The notes beneath the pieces were generated by a model that worked only from the letters and a program-made list of their open reading frames with translations, searched no databases and had not been told where the DNA came from. DNA of 64,000 nucleotides, taken from positions 372,001 through 436,000 of the forward strand of contig CBFFRQ010000062.1 of NCBI GenBank assembly GCA_965644315.1. The letters run 5' to 3'. The stretch is from Caecitellus pseudoparvulus. Taxonomy: Eukaryota > Protista > Bigyra: Bicosoecida. Each line of letters opens with the position of its first letter. Within the stretch, counting starts at the first letter, position 1. Positions 1 through 11,790 of the stretch are shown one piece after another. Made by a program: the position numbers and the translations under genes.

Positions 1-433
1 CGTGGTGGAGGTGGTGTTCCACACAATGTGGTACATCATGGCACTGGCCCAGGTGCTGGGGCCCCTGGTCCTCGGCACGGGGCAGGGCGAACGGGCGGAT
101 GAGTTCCCCAACTTGGCTATCCTCGCTGCGCTGCTGCTGGGCACCGCCGCTGTGCTGCTCGTCATCACCGGAGCAGCCACGCGGCGCTTCAAGCGCGGGT
201 GCTGCACGTCTCTCTGGGCGATCTCCGTCGTCGGGTGCATGCAAGTCGTGTGTTGCATCGACGATGCAGATGCCGGGGCGCTGGGGGAGCGAGACGTTGG
301 CCAGCCCGCTTCAAGCGGGCAGCCGCAACGCCGCACGGTGTCCTTTGAGCCCACAGTGGAAGGGCCCACGCGCGAAGTGCCTCCCAGCGCAGGTGACACT
401 CAGGAGAGTGGCGCTCGTCTGATCTTCTTGTGA
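1..433 (+). CDS. 3' part of a multi-pass membrane protein (5' truncated by the window edge)
   Basis: Open frame from the window start to TGA at 431-433. Hydrophobic segments (WYIMALAQVLGPLVL; LAILAALLLGTAAVLLVI; LWAISVVGCMQVVCC) are followed by a hydrophilic tail. Confidence 0.6.
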   Translation, partial: VVEVVFHTMWYIMALAQVLGPLVLGTGQGERADEFPNLAILAALLLGTAAVLLVITGAATRRFKRGCCTSLWAISVVGCMQVVCCIDDADAGALGERDVGQPASSGQPQRRTVSFEPTVEGPTREVPPSAGDTQESGARLIFL

Positions 434-667
434 TGCCTGACTTGCGTTTCCCACGCAGCGCCAGGGCAGACTGCCTCACGCTTGCGGAAAGCCAGCCCAG
501 CACAGAGAGCTGCGTGCGCTCAAATTCAGTGTTAAAGACGGTGCTTGTGGCTGGCTTCGGCGATATTGTTTGCCATTTGAGCCCCGCTGCGTGACTGCGG
601 TCGTGCACCCGCTACACCCAGCCTCGCGTGCCTGGCGTTTCATCCCAACAGTCTGCCCTTGTCAGTC

Positions 668-1587
668 ATGGTGCGTGGGGGTGACGCGGAGGGGTGACGG
701 GGAAGAGGCGTGCGGCATGACACTCCACTCCCCGCTCTTTGCACTGCAGGCCAACCGCTACGACAGCAGGACGACGACGTTCTCCCCAGAAGGTGCGGCG
801 TGCGGCGCCGGCCGAGCCACTGACCACGCCGAGCGAAACGCCACACACACCTGTGCACTGCCCCCTCCCTCGCGCAGGGCACTTGTACCAGGTGGAGTAT
901 GCCATCACTGCCATTCAGAATGCTGCCGCTGCTGTGGGCATCTTGACTGAGCAGGGCATCGTCATCGCGGGGCAGAAGAAGACCGGCTCCAAGCTGCTGG
1001 CGCCGCCCAAGACGTCTGAGAAGCTGTACAAGCTGGACACCCACGTCGCCGCCGCCGTCGCGGGCTTGACCTCTGACGCTGACATCCTGGTGGACTATGC
1101 CCGCCTGACGGCGCAGCGGTACCGCTACCGCTACGACGAGCCCATGCCCGTGGAGCAGCTGGTGAAGACGCTGTGCAACCAGAAGCACTCCTACACACAG
1201 TTCGGCGGGCTGCGGCCATTCGGCGTGTCCTTTCTCTTCGCGGGGTGGGACCAGTACCTCGGCTTCCAGTTGTACCAGTCCAACCCGTCAGGCAACTACT
1301 CTGGGTGGAAGGCCACCGCCATCGGCGCCAACAGCACCTCCTCCCAGTCCACCCTCAAGACGGACTACAAGGCAGACATGACCCTGGCCGAGGCGCAGGG
1401 CCTGGCGGTGAAGGTGCTGACCAAGGCCATGGACACGACCGCCCCCAGCAGCGAGCAGGTGGAGGTGAGCACCGTCTTCCTGCACGAGGGGCAGGTGGTG
1501 CAGAAGGTGCTGTCTGCGGAGGAGACTGACGTGCTCATCAAGGAGGCCACTGAGGCTGCTGCAGAGGAGGGCGAGGAGGCCAAGTGA
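668..1587 (+). CDS. PSMA4: 20S proteasome subunit alpha3 (alpha type-4, Pre9); exons 668-670, 750-792, 878-1587
   Basis: Spliced product begins [24 protein letters not shown], the alpha-subunit signature. Also YTQFGGLRPFGVSFLFAGWD and SGNYSGWKATAIG. GT..AG introns 671-749 and 793-877 restore the frame. Confidence 0.97.
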
Positions 1588-1843
1588 TGCTGTGTGGGGC
1601 GAGCTGCAGATCGGGCGGCGCAATGCACACAGCCGCGCCCATGGCACAATGCACCGTGCTCTGTGATCCACCAAGTCGCTCAAGAGGGCCATGGTTGCGT
1701 GGTGCGCCCCTCTGTGCGCACGAAAGAGGGGCCGACGGCGACGAGGTCGGTCGGCGCGGCCAGGCACCAGCGCCACCAGGGGCGCAGCTGGAGCGTGTGG
1801 AGTCCAGAAGCAGTGCACCCTGTAGCAGGGCGGCGAAGGCAGC

Positions 1844-4800
1844 ATGGACCAGTGGAATGTGTTCAAGTTCTTTGAGAAGAGTTTCATGCGCCCAGCGTCG
1901 CAGGAGGGCGACGTGGACTACCACAATGGCTTCGCGGTGCGGCCTGCAGCAGGTGCAGTGCACCTGGACAGCACCACCGCACGCCCCCCCCTGCCTGCGC
2001 ACCGCAGTGCCGTGAAATAACATGTGGCGCCTCCTGCGCCGGGAGCATTCTTCTGGGGGATGCCCAGGGCTACATGACTGTCATGGACAAGGACTTCGGC
2101 ATGCAGGCGTTTCGGGCGTACAAGGGGCATGTGTCCCAGGCTGCTGGGTGCAGGCGCGGCGATGTGGCCATCACGGTGGGGGACGGCCTGAGCCCCCGCA
2201 CGCCAGACGTGGCGCAGGCCATGAAGGACATGGCGGGGGAGGCGCGCAAGCTGGCTGTCGCGGCCCTGCAGCGCAGCAAGGGCTTGTCGGAGTCACAGGC
2301 CCACGCTGAGCTGCTGCGCAGCATCGGGCTGGCCGAGGGCGATGCTGGCGTGGCCGCCGTGGGCGCACGCACCGCCCCCGCCACGCTGAAGGTGTGGGCC
2401 TTGAACAAAGTCGGCACTGCCGTGGACGCCACCCTGCTGCGGGAGGTGCCGCTCTTCGCGGCGGCGGCGGCGGGCAGTGATCGAGGGGGGCAGGGTGTGG
2501 CGGCTGGTGGCAGTGCCGCCAGCGCCACCCCCGACCCCACTGCCGTCACCGCACTGGCAGTGTCTGAGGATGGCTCCACCATTGCTGTGGGCTGTGCCGA
2601 CGGCCGGACGGTGCTGCTGCAGGGGGATTTCCTGCGCGGCCGTGGCGTGGTGGAGGTGGCCACGCTGCCGCCGCCACCTGCTTCCTCCCTTCCAGCCGCC
2701 GCTAGCGCCACTGCTGACGCCGGAGCCGTGGAGCACACGGCTGCCTCGCCTCACGCTGTGACCTTCGTGGGCTTTGCTGAGTCCGTGGATGCCACGACTG
2801 TGGCGCAGGCGTTTCCCAAACGCAGCACGATGCTGGAGGCGTTTCAAGCGCGCACCGGCGCTCAAAACGCAGTGCAGACGCTGTTCGTGACGACACCACA
2901 CTCTGTGCGGAATTTCACAGTGGGCGGCACCCTGCCCCTGCATGCAAAGGCCGCCTGTCGTGATCTGGGCTCCGAGTCACTCGCTCGCGGCGCCGCACCG
3001 CGGTGCGCGACGGTGACTCCCGAGGGACAGCTGGCAGTGGCCAACGAAGTGGGCGTGTTCTTCTTCACACCGGAGTCATCCTCCAGCGTCGCCGCCGTGC
3101 AGGGGCACAAGCTGGGCGTGAGCACTTTCCGGCGGTACTTGGTGCTGGTGCTGCGGGGGGCATACCCCCGGCACACAGTGTGGGTGTACGACATGCAGAA
3201 CAAGCTGGCAGCCCTGAACATGAGCCTGTCTGCTGAGAGTGGCGTGGCCAGCCTCATCCACAGGGGCTCCAGCGGCAGGCTGCAGCGAGGGGGGGGGCAC
3301 TGGGGTGAAACGCAGCAGGGCGCGGGGGTGACTCTGGAGGATGTGGGGGGCGTGCACATGGTGCTGCCCGAGTGGGGGCGCCTGCACATCCTGACGGGCG
3401 CAGGCGTGGGCGTGTGTCTGCGTGAGCACGACACCACGTCCAAGCTAGACACACTGTTCCGCTTGAACCGCTTCGACGTTGCCATCCAGGTGGCCTCCAC
3501 CACAGGGTACGACGCCAGCAGCATCATGGACATCTTCAGAGCATATGGTGACCACCTGCACAAGAAGAAGGCGTTTGGGCCCGCCATGGAGCAGTTCCTC
3601 GTCACGATTGGGTACGTGGAGCCGTCTTACGTCATCCGCAAGTACCTGGATGCCCCCCGCATCTACGAACTGACGCGGTACTTGGAGGTGCTGCACAAGA
3701 AAGGCCACGCAACCGACGGCCACACCACGCTCCTGCTGAACTGCTACACCAAGCTGCGTGACACTGACAAGTTGCGTGCGTTCATCCGGGGCGAAGTGAC
3801 GGCGGCGCCGCCACGTCTTACGCCCGCTGTCGCGTCAGTCATGGAGGGGTTGACGCTGAAGCCAACTGCAGCCAGTGGCGCGGGGGGGAGTGCCGCCGCC
3901 GCCGAGGGTGGGGAGAGCGGCACAGGCCCGAATTTCCACGTGGACGCGGCCATTGCCGTGCTGAAGGAGGCGGAGTTCACAGACGAGGCGCTGCAGCTGG
4001 CGGGGGCGCAGCGCAAGCATGAGGCGTTCCTGCAGCTGCTCGTAGACGCGGCGGGGGGCTTCACAGGGGGCGTGCTCATGGCATCTGCAGCAGTGCGGCG
4101 GGATCGCCACGGCGCCACCATTGTGGACCCTGATGCCCCGCCAGACCCGGAGCAGGAGGCGGCCTTGCAAGAAGATGCGGCGCTGGACACGCTGTTCACA
4201 GCGCTGGAGTACATCGAGCGCCTGCCCTTTTTCCTGGCAGAGAAGGCCCTCTTGCGGCACGGGAAAGTGCTGCTGGATGCGTGGCCAGAGCGGTGCAGGG
4301 AGCTGGTGCAGGAGCTGTGCGTGGGGTTCACGCCCAAGACTGGGCTGCGTGGCACGACGCTGGGGGAGTACGTGCAATTTCCGCAGGACCCCGCCGCCGC
4401 CGCCGGGGAGGAAGCGGCGGGGCAGGCCTCAGCCTCCACGCCCCGCTCCAACCCCGAAGACTTCCTGCCCATGTTCGTGGAACACCCACGCCAAGCCAAG
4501 CTCCTGCTGCGCCACGTGGCTGACCGCGTGCCCGACTTGCCCACCAGCGTGTGGAACGCACTGCTGGACTTGAGCCTGTCGGCCTACGACGAAGACGAGC
4601 TGCTGGAGACGAGCCTGGATGTGGGGGCGCTGCCAGGCCACCAAGAGTCGGGCAAGGGCCCCTCGGCGCCCCTGCGTGCGGCGGGGACGGGGCAGTTGTA
4701 CGAAGACCACTGGAACGCCACCCAGCGCCGGCTGAAGGCAGACGTGCTGGACTTCATCCTCACCAACCCAGCCGCCAACTTCGACCCGGAACAAGCCCTC

Positions 4801-5740
4801 ATCCTCACACGCAGCCATGGGTATGAAGAAGGCACCCTGGTGCTGCTGGCGCAAGCCAAGCGGTATCGGGAGTTGGCAGCACACCACATCGCCGCCGCCA
4901 CTGTGGCCGCCCGTCGCAGTGACGTCGGGCGCACCATCAGCTGCCGGCAGCTGCTCATGGAGACCTGTCAGCGCCACGGTGGCAGTGATGCGCTGCTGTG
5001 GGTGGATGCCTTGCAGTACTTTGTGCAGGCGTACGGGTGCGACCCGCCTGCAGTGCAGCAGAGCGCCGACGGCGTGAACTCCATGGAAGCCATGATAGAA
5101 ACGGTGCGTTGGGCGCCGCAGCACCGCACGATGCCGAACCACACACTCCGCTGTCCCCTCCCCACAGATTCTGCATGAAGTTGAACACCGCACGCTGCTG
5201 TCCCCCGTGCAAGTGGTGGACATGGTGGCGCAGAACCCCAAGTGCCCGCTGTCCCTCATTTCGCGGCACCTGCGGCGTGTGCTGAAGGACGACAAACGCG
5301 CGATGAAGCAGGCGAAACGGGACATTGTCAGCCTCAAGCAGGAGATCCAGGACGTGCAGCAGCACCAGGACCACCTGCAAGCGTCTCTGAAGGAGGTGGA
5401 GCTGCGTGGGCGTGACGCGTTGATTGAGCGGGAGTTACAGAGCCGGGGCAGTGCAGCTGGGCAGGGCGGTGGGAAGGTCACGTCGGGCTTTGCCATTCTG
5501 CAGGAGGACCTGCCAGGCCTGGCCAAGCACGGGCAGCACACGAAGGACACGGTGCTGGAGATGCGGCGCGACCACATGAAACGCGTCATGCTGGCTGACT
5601 CGCACGAGTGGTTTTTCCTCATGGCTGAGCGCCGCTCCGCCAAGGTGGGCTTCTCAGGCATGGCCGATTTCTTCCAACACGGCTGGTTTGACCCAGCGGT
5701 CTTGGGGGAAGGCGGCGGCGGCGCTGCCGCGGATGAGTGA
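1844..5740 (+). CDS. VPS11: Vacuolar protein sorting 11 (HOPS/CORVET core); exons 1844-1936, 2008-5103, 5168-5740
   Basis: N-terminus MDQWNVFKFFE, then GSILLGDAQG. Clathrin-like region with YGDHLHKKKAFGPAMEQFLVTIGYVEPSYVIRKYLDA and HTTLLLNCYTKL. C-terminal HEWFF..GFSGMADFFQHGWF resembles Vps11_C. Introns 1937-2007 and 5104-5167 are phase-consistent. Confidence 0.93.
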
Positions 5741-5845
5741 CCTTTCAGTGGCGGTACATGTGCGAAAATGCATGCATTCAGCAGCCGCCGAGGCAGATCA
5801 CTGTTTGGACAGCACCGCGTTCACACGCTGGCGCGGCGTGCAGCG

Positions 5846-8800
5846 TCACAGTGCGTTGTCCATGCTGGCCGGCGCGATGGTGAAGTCGGAAATGCCCAGC
5901 CCCTCCCCCTGCTGCAGCACCAGCCCCTGCTCATTGGCCAGGTGCAGCACACAGGTGAAGAAGAAGGGCAGTGACACTTCCGCCGGCTGGGACTGCGCCA
6001 GGTGCCCCACGACGTCGGACATGAAACTGACAGGCGCAGGCGGCGGCGCATCTGCCTGCTCTGGGGCTGGTCCCGGTGCCAGGGCCGGCTGGCGCTCCAG
6101 GTGTCTCCAGATGTTCTTTTTGAGGGCGCGGACGTTGACCTGCTTGGCCTTGCGGGCATGGGACACCTCCACGCGGGCGACGAGGCGGGGCGCCTGCACG
6201 AGACCCCCCCTGGGCACGGGGCCCTTGGGGGGGGGTGACAGGGCCAGGCTGCCCAGGCCGTCCTCTTCCTCGTCGTCACTGTCCACGATCGGGGCGGTGG
6301 GTGGCGAGAGGGCAGCGGCAGCTTGAGGGGGGCTCGCCCCGCCGTCCCACCCCCCCTCCTCATCCCCATCCACCCAATCACCCCCCTCCACCACCTCCTC
6401 CTGCTGCCCCCCCCCACAGCCCTCCAGCTGCACCTGCACAGCTCCGTCCACGCCTGACGTCACCACCACGCTGCGCTTGGGGTTCAGGAACAGCCGCAGC
6501 AAGTCTGCCGCCGCATAGTGCATGTCTGCGGGGAGGAGGTGGGCCTCGGGTCCCGCTGCCTCCGCCGCCGCCATTGCTGCTGCGGACAGCGTGTTGGTGG
6601 TGCGGCGCTTGGGCAGGTCAAAGTCCGCTGCGGTGAGGGGGGGGGCGCTGAAGTCAATGAGCTTGGGGCCGCTGCGCTTGCTGCGTTTCTTGCCGGCTGC
6701 GGCACCGCCAGCGCCTGAGGCAGCGGAGTCCCCGCCCTGACCTGGAGTCAGCCGCTGTGGCGCACGGCGGGGGCGGGCGGCCTTCCAGTGACCAGGCCCC
6801 GCCCAGCTCTGCAGCTGCTGCAGCTTGGCGGGGTCGAACAGCGAGTACTCTGACGTGGCGCTGGTCAAATGAAGTGCGCCGGGCTGGCTGGCAGCGGCGG
6901 CAGCGAACAGGCTGTCCAGGCCTGCAGCCACTGCCCGGGGTGGAGCAGGGTGGCTGCCGGCGCCGGCGGGAGGGGGGGTGGCCCCCCCCTCGCCCTCGGG
7001 GACGTGGGCGAGGTTGCCACCGCCCAGCATGTCCATGTGGGGGCCCGAGTCGCCGTGCTCTGCGCCGGGGTGGGTGGGCCCATACAGGTCCAGCCCCGCA
7101 TCAACAGCGTCCACATCCGCATCGTCCAGGTCAGCCCATGCAGTGGAGGGGGGGGGGCTGACCCCCCCTCCCTCGGCCACGTCACCCCCCTCGTCCCCCC
7201 CCTCCACCACCACCATGGCAGGCGAAGGGGGGGGTCTGCTGCGAGCCAGGGCTGCGCTGGCCATGGGCGAGAACATGGTGAGTCCCCTGCCATGCCCAGC
7301 AGCGGCGGAGGAGGGGGGGGTACCCAGAGGGGGCGTGCCCACACCCGCCCCCCCCCTCACCACCTGAGCTGCCGTGCCCATGACATCCCAAGCATCCGAT
7401 GTCATACCCAGGTTCAAGTCGAACTCCAGAGCCAGCAGGGGGTCCCCATCATCCCCCGGGAGGGGGGGTGAGGGGGGGGTCTCCCCTGGCGACGGCAGGT
7501 GCGTGGGGGTGCCGGGGGACCCGTCACTGTCCTGTCCTCCCTCCTCCCTCTGGCCGGTAGGGGAGAGCGGCGGCGAGGTGGGGCCATCCGTGGCGGGGGC
7601 CGCTTCAGAGGGGGGGGCGGCATCCCCCCCCCGTGCCCGGCGGGGGCGCCTGCCCTCTGCTCGCGCCCGCAGCACAGTCTTGGCCGCCCGCACATCCCGC
7701 AGGGCGACAGCGAACTCCGACAGCATACCGTACAGCTCATCCAGGCCGGGACACAGGCGCAGCTGGGTGAGGTGGGAGATGCCGCGGGAGGGGGGTGCGG
7801 AGCGGGTGCGAGGGGGGGGGGGCAGGGCCGCCCGCACCCCCCCCTCCAGCGCCCGCCGCAGCCCCCCCGCATCCAGCAGCACAGCGGACCCCGCCGCCTC
7901 GGCACCCGCCGGGTCCACTGCCGCTGTCGCGAGGGCGGGGTCTGTGGCCAGGGCGGGCAGCGGGGCTCCGCCAGTGAGGTCCAGAGCGGCGCCCCGCTGC
8001 ACGGGCAGGTTGTGCAGGAGCAGCCCCCCCGCCCCCCCTGCGTCGAAGGTTTTGGACATTTTGTGGAAGAGGGGGTCCATGGCCGCCCCCTCACCCCCCT
8101 CGCTGAGGGTGATGGCGGCGGGGTTGCTCTCCAGAGTGCTGCCGCTGCCGCCGGCACGCCGGCGTTGCTTGGTTGCTGCGCTGCCGGCGTCGGAGTCACT
8201 GGGTCCACCCTCCGGGCGCCGGCTGAGGTTCTCCAGCACGCGGAAGGAAGAGGACCACACGTCATCCACTCGGTAGGAGTACAGCTTCACTGATGCGTCC
8301 AGGGTGCAGGAGGCCTTCTGGAAGTTGGTCATGCCGCCCATGCCGCTGCGGTGGTGGCGGTGTGGTGGGCGTGCAGGCAGGCGGCGGGCAGTGGCGCCAG
8401 CACACAGTCACGCACGAGTCATCCGCTGCAATCATGTCGTCCATGCGCTCGATGAAGTCGAAGCTCCAGGTGTTCTTGGCGTTGATTTTCTGGACAGGCA
8501 GCGTTGGCGCACAGTGTGCGCGGGGGAGCGCCCGGCCGTTGACACGCCCCACGAACGTTCTCCGTGCTGAGCTTGATCACAGTGCTGTACATCTCCTTCA
8601 GAGCTGGATCACTGAACTTCTGGGCGGCAGACTCCTCGTCTGCACCGCTGGCCCGTCCCGCCGCCATGCTCTTTCGCATGGCCGCCAAACTGCGGAAATT
8701 GAACCCCGCAACGCCTGCACGTCAACGCCTGCCCCGCACGAGCGCCGCCGGACACACCTCTGCCGCTTGTTCACGCCCGTGCTGGCCCTGAGCACGTCCA

Positions 8801-8846
8801 GGGCAGCATTGCTGTCAAACTTTGTCGACAGGCGCCGGCTCGACAT
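5846..8846 (-). CDS. NCAPH: Condensin I kleisin subunit CAP-H/Barren/Brn1; exons 8846-8758, 8689-8557, 8489-8416, 8345-5846
   Basis: IKLSTENKINAKNTWSFDFIE, TNFQKASCTLDASVKLYSYRVD, WAGPGHWK, KQVNVRALKKNIW and C-terminal FTCVLHLANEQGL are kleisin-gamma motifs. Three GT-AG introns restore the frame. Confidence 0.95.
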
Positions 8847-9482
8847 GACTGCCCTGTGCCTGGTGCCTTGAGCAGCTGCAGCGCCACTCGCGCAAGCTGG
8901 CACACGTTCCAGTGGGCGTATCGGAAAGTGCCAGCGCGGGGGGCGGCTGGACTGCACGTGTCTAGGTGAAGCACTGAAGTATGCAGTGCTGCGTGTGGTT
9001 TTTTTTGCAAAACTATTCGTATTGGCAGACGTGTGGTAATTAACGACAACGGCGCGGATTTTACTGCTGTTTCGACTTGTAAGATCACGAACAGGAACAG
9101 CAGTTCACAGATCTGCGTTTGCCTTAGCTTTCTTTGTGTTCTTGCAAAGGACCGTCACATCCTGGCAAAATAGTCAGCTTGCTCCCTCCGCTCATGCTCC
9201 AACTGTTTTCCGTTTCAGCCGCTGCCGCTTGCCGTGCCAGTTGTGCGGTAGAGGCGCTCTACCGCAGAGGCAGTCACACGCACCGTTGCTGACAGGAGTG
9301 CTTCACAGCCTGCAAAGCAACATCGAGATACATGTATTTTCTCGTTGACGACGCTGCTAAGGGGTCGGGCGAGGCTGTGCCGCGCTGTGCCATGCTGCGT
9401 TGCTGTGCTGCACCGGAGAGCAATCAGGCACACCGGCCACCGCTCCATGCCCCTGCATCAGGCCCCAACAACCGTCAGACAC

Positions 9483-10511
9483 CTAGTGTTTGGCTGGGGA
9501 AGCTGCGATGGCTTGCACGACGACGGGCTTGGTGCGCGGCGCGCCGGAAATTTCGCGGCGTTCCTTCGCAGTGCACTGCAGCACGTGAGCGAGGGCGGTG
9601 CGAATGTGCGGCTTGGAGGCGTCACTGTCATCCGTGCGCAGCAACGCCAGCACCAAGTGCCGAATGTGCCCCAGTGCTGCTTGATCAATGCTGGGTGCTG
9701 GCGTGGCTGTGGCGGCGGATGCCGCAGCGGCCGGTGCAGGCGTGTGTTGGCGTTGCTGCAGCGACTTCCGCAGCTCTGCGTTGTCCGCTTCCAACCGCTT
9801 CACCTTGCCTGCCAGCGCCGCCAGTTCCCGCTGCAGGGAGCGTGTCTGAGACGTGCGCTGGGCGACTGACGCAGTGGCTGCGGCCAAGGCGTGCTCGGCA
9901 GGCGAGCCGTGCTTCACTTGAGCGCGCAGGTCAGCCACCTGGCTCTGCAGAGCTGCCCTGGCTTGTTCAACTTCCGCACATTGCGTCCGCAGCGCCGCCA
10001 GGTCAGTGTGTGCCTGCCGCAGCTCCTCGGCCGTGGCGGCTGCCTCTGTGTTGGCCGCCGCAACCTCGCGTCCCAAGGCACGCCTGGCAGTCTCGGCAGT
10101 CTCAGCTCGTTGCAGAGCCTCTTTCAGCGCTTCCTGGGCCAGGGCAGCGTCTCGTGACGCTTCGGTGGCGAGGGCTGAGGCTGAGTCGGCGCGGCTGGAG
10201 CTTTGCACTGCTACCGCGCTGGCTTCTTTGGAGGCCCTGCGGGCAGCGGCCAGGCGGCGATTGAGCTCCTGGCACAAGTCGATGAGTTCCTTGCGGTTCA
10301 TCTTGTTCAGGCGGAAGCGCTTGCGCTCGGAGGAGGGCGCAGTCTGAGCAGCTGGCGCAGGTGTCGCGGTGGCTTCCTTGCTGCTTTGGCTGGCCGGAGT
10401 GGAGGGCAGCGAGGGGGGCACGACGCTTTGGCCCACACTGTCACTCTCTGGGGCATGCAGGGAGCTCAGCATGGCGTCCCCTGCCGCCACGACGCTGCGG
10501 ACAGCCTCCAT
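9483..10511 (-). CDS. Short coiled-coil protein with a C-terminal GRIP-like domain (golgin-like)
   Basis: Long Ala/Glu/Gln/Arg heptad region, then GHIRHLVLALLRT...HIRTALAHVLQCTAKERREI, matching the GRIP pattern (EYLKNVLLQFL...VIATILQFSPEE). Confidence 0.65.
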   Translation of the reverse strand: MEAVRSVVAAGDAMLSSLHAPESDSVGQSVVPPSLPSTPASQSSKEATATPAPAAQTAPSSERKRFRLNKMNRKELIDLCQELNRRLAAARRASKEASAVAVQSSSRADSASALATEASRDAALAQEALKEALQRAETAETARRALGREVAAANTEAAATAEELRQAHTDLAALRTQCAEVEQARAALQSQVADLRAQVKHGSPAEHALAAATASVAQRTSQTRSLQRELAALAGKVKRLEADNAELRKSLQQRQHTPAPAAAASAATATPAPSIDQAALGHIRHLVLALLRTDDSDASKPHIRTALAHVLQCTAKERREISGAPRTKPVVVQAIAASPAKH

Positions 10512-10626
10512 GTGGTGGAGAAGGAGAAACGCAGGCGAAACGGCAGTACTAGCAGGGAGCTTGCCGAAACTGAATTGCAGTCTGGACGGGGGTAAGATGC
10601 GAACTAAGTAATCATTGAAAACAAAT

Positions 10627-11790
10627 CTAAGGTTTGTCGTGTGCGGGTGCCGGCCCTCCTCCGGGGGGGGAGCCTTGCTGGGGGTGAAGGACGACCGGTG
10701 TGCTCTGAGCTCCTAGCGCCCCAGCGGGCTGCTGTGCCGCTGAGAAGACCACCTGGCAGCCCCCCTTCGCCCTGTCCTTCTTACCAGCTGGGGCGGCAGA
10801 GGAGGTGGGGCTGAAGCGGGCCAAGGGGGGTGCTTGGCGTTGCTGGGCAGCGCCGCTGGTCGCTGTGCCGTGAGCGGCTGTCGGAGACACGGCGTGCGAG
10901 CCCAGGCGCACGGGGGTGGGCGTGCTGGTCTTCTGCTCTTGCGCCTTCCAGGGGTCGGGGGCGGGGAAGGTCACGACGTGGGTTGGCGGCTGGGCGGTGG
11001 CGTGGCCCACTGCGCAGGGCTTGGACAGCGTCAGCTTGGCACCCTTGCTGCCCACCAGCGGCCCCTGGCCAGGAGGGCAGGAGGAGGCTGCATGTGCACC
11101 TGACCAGCCGCCCGCTGGTGAGCCAGTGTGGCTGGGCAGGGACGTCACTGCGCCGTAGTGCAGAGTGCTGCCGCTGGAGCCACGCCTTGCGCTGGGGAGG
11201 TACGCCGCACTGTCGTCCCGCGGCCAGGGCATGGGCAGGGTGGGGCCGGATGTCATTGTCTCTGCGCGGTCACCGGCTGAGGACACGGAGACGGGGCTGC
11301 CGGGGGCAGAGGAGGAGCAGGAGTCGTCTGAGGGCACGCGGGGAAAAACGCGCTCCTGCACCCCCCCCGCGCCCCACTCCCAAGACAGCGTGCGGGGCAG
11401 GGTGCTGTGCTGGGCTGCTCCCTGCCCTTGCGCGAGAGGGGGCAGGGCGGTGGGGTGGCAGGCGTAGGAGGGAGCGAGGTGGGGCTGCAATGCCACCTCA
11501 GAAACGGAGCGAGTGCATGCTGGGCAGGGGCTGCCCAGGGCGGAGGAGATGTTGCCAACACGGTGGCTGAGCCCTTCACCCTGGGGTGCGTCCAGGTTCC
11601 ACGTGCCTTGCAGCTCTGGGGAAGAGCAGCCGGTCAAGTCCCTCACGCCGCAGACGCGTGGCGTTTCACCTTGACTGCCAGCATCAGGAGTAGTCTGCAC
11701 TACGTGCGCGGAAAAGTCGGTGCCCTTGCCGAGAGAGCGCAGCCTGCCGTGCGCGAGAGGCGGAAGAGTCGGCACTATCTCGCTTGCCAT
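10627..11790 (-). CDS. Hypothetical Ser/Pro/Ala-rich disordered protein
   Basis: Intronless ORF of about 387 aa from an ATG in C-ATG-G context. No recognisable domain. Confidence 0.4.
   Translation of the reverse strand: MASEIVPTLPPLAHGRLRSLGKGTDFSAHVVQTTPDAGSQGETPRVCGVRDLTGCSSPELQGTWNLDAPQGEGLSHRVGNISSALGSPCPACTRSVSEVALQPHLAPSYACHPTALPPLAQGQGAAQHSTLPRTLSWEWGAGGVQERVFPRVPSDDSCSSSAPGSPVSVSSAGDRAETMTSGPTLPMPWPRDDSAAYLPSARRGSSGSTLHYGAVTSLPSHTGSPAGGWSGAHAASSCPPGQGPLVGSKGAKLTLSKPCAVGHATAQPPTHVVTFPAPDPWKAQEQKTSTPTPVRLGSHAVSPTAAHGTATSGAAQQRQAPPLARFSPTSSAAPAGKKDRAKGGCQVVFSAAQQPAGALGAQSTPVVLHPQQGSPPGGGPAPAHDKP

Noticed and set aside
9040-9110. U2 snRNA-like TAAGATCA
   Set aside because: It lacks the adjoining GTGTAGTA branch-pairing sequence and an Sm site.
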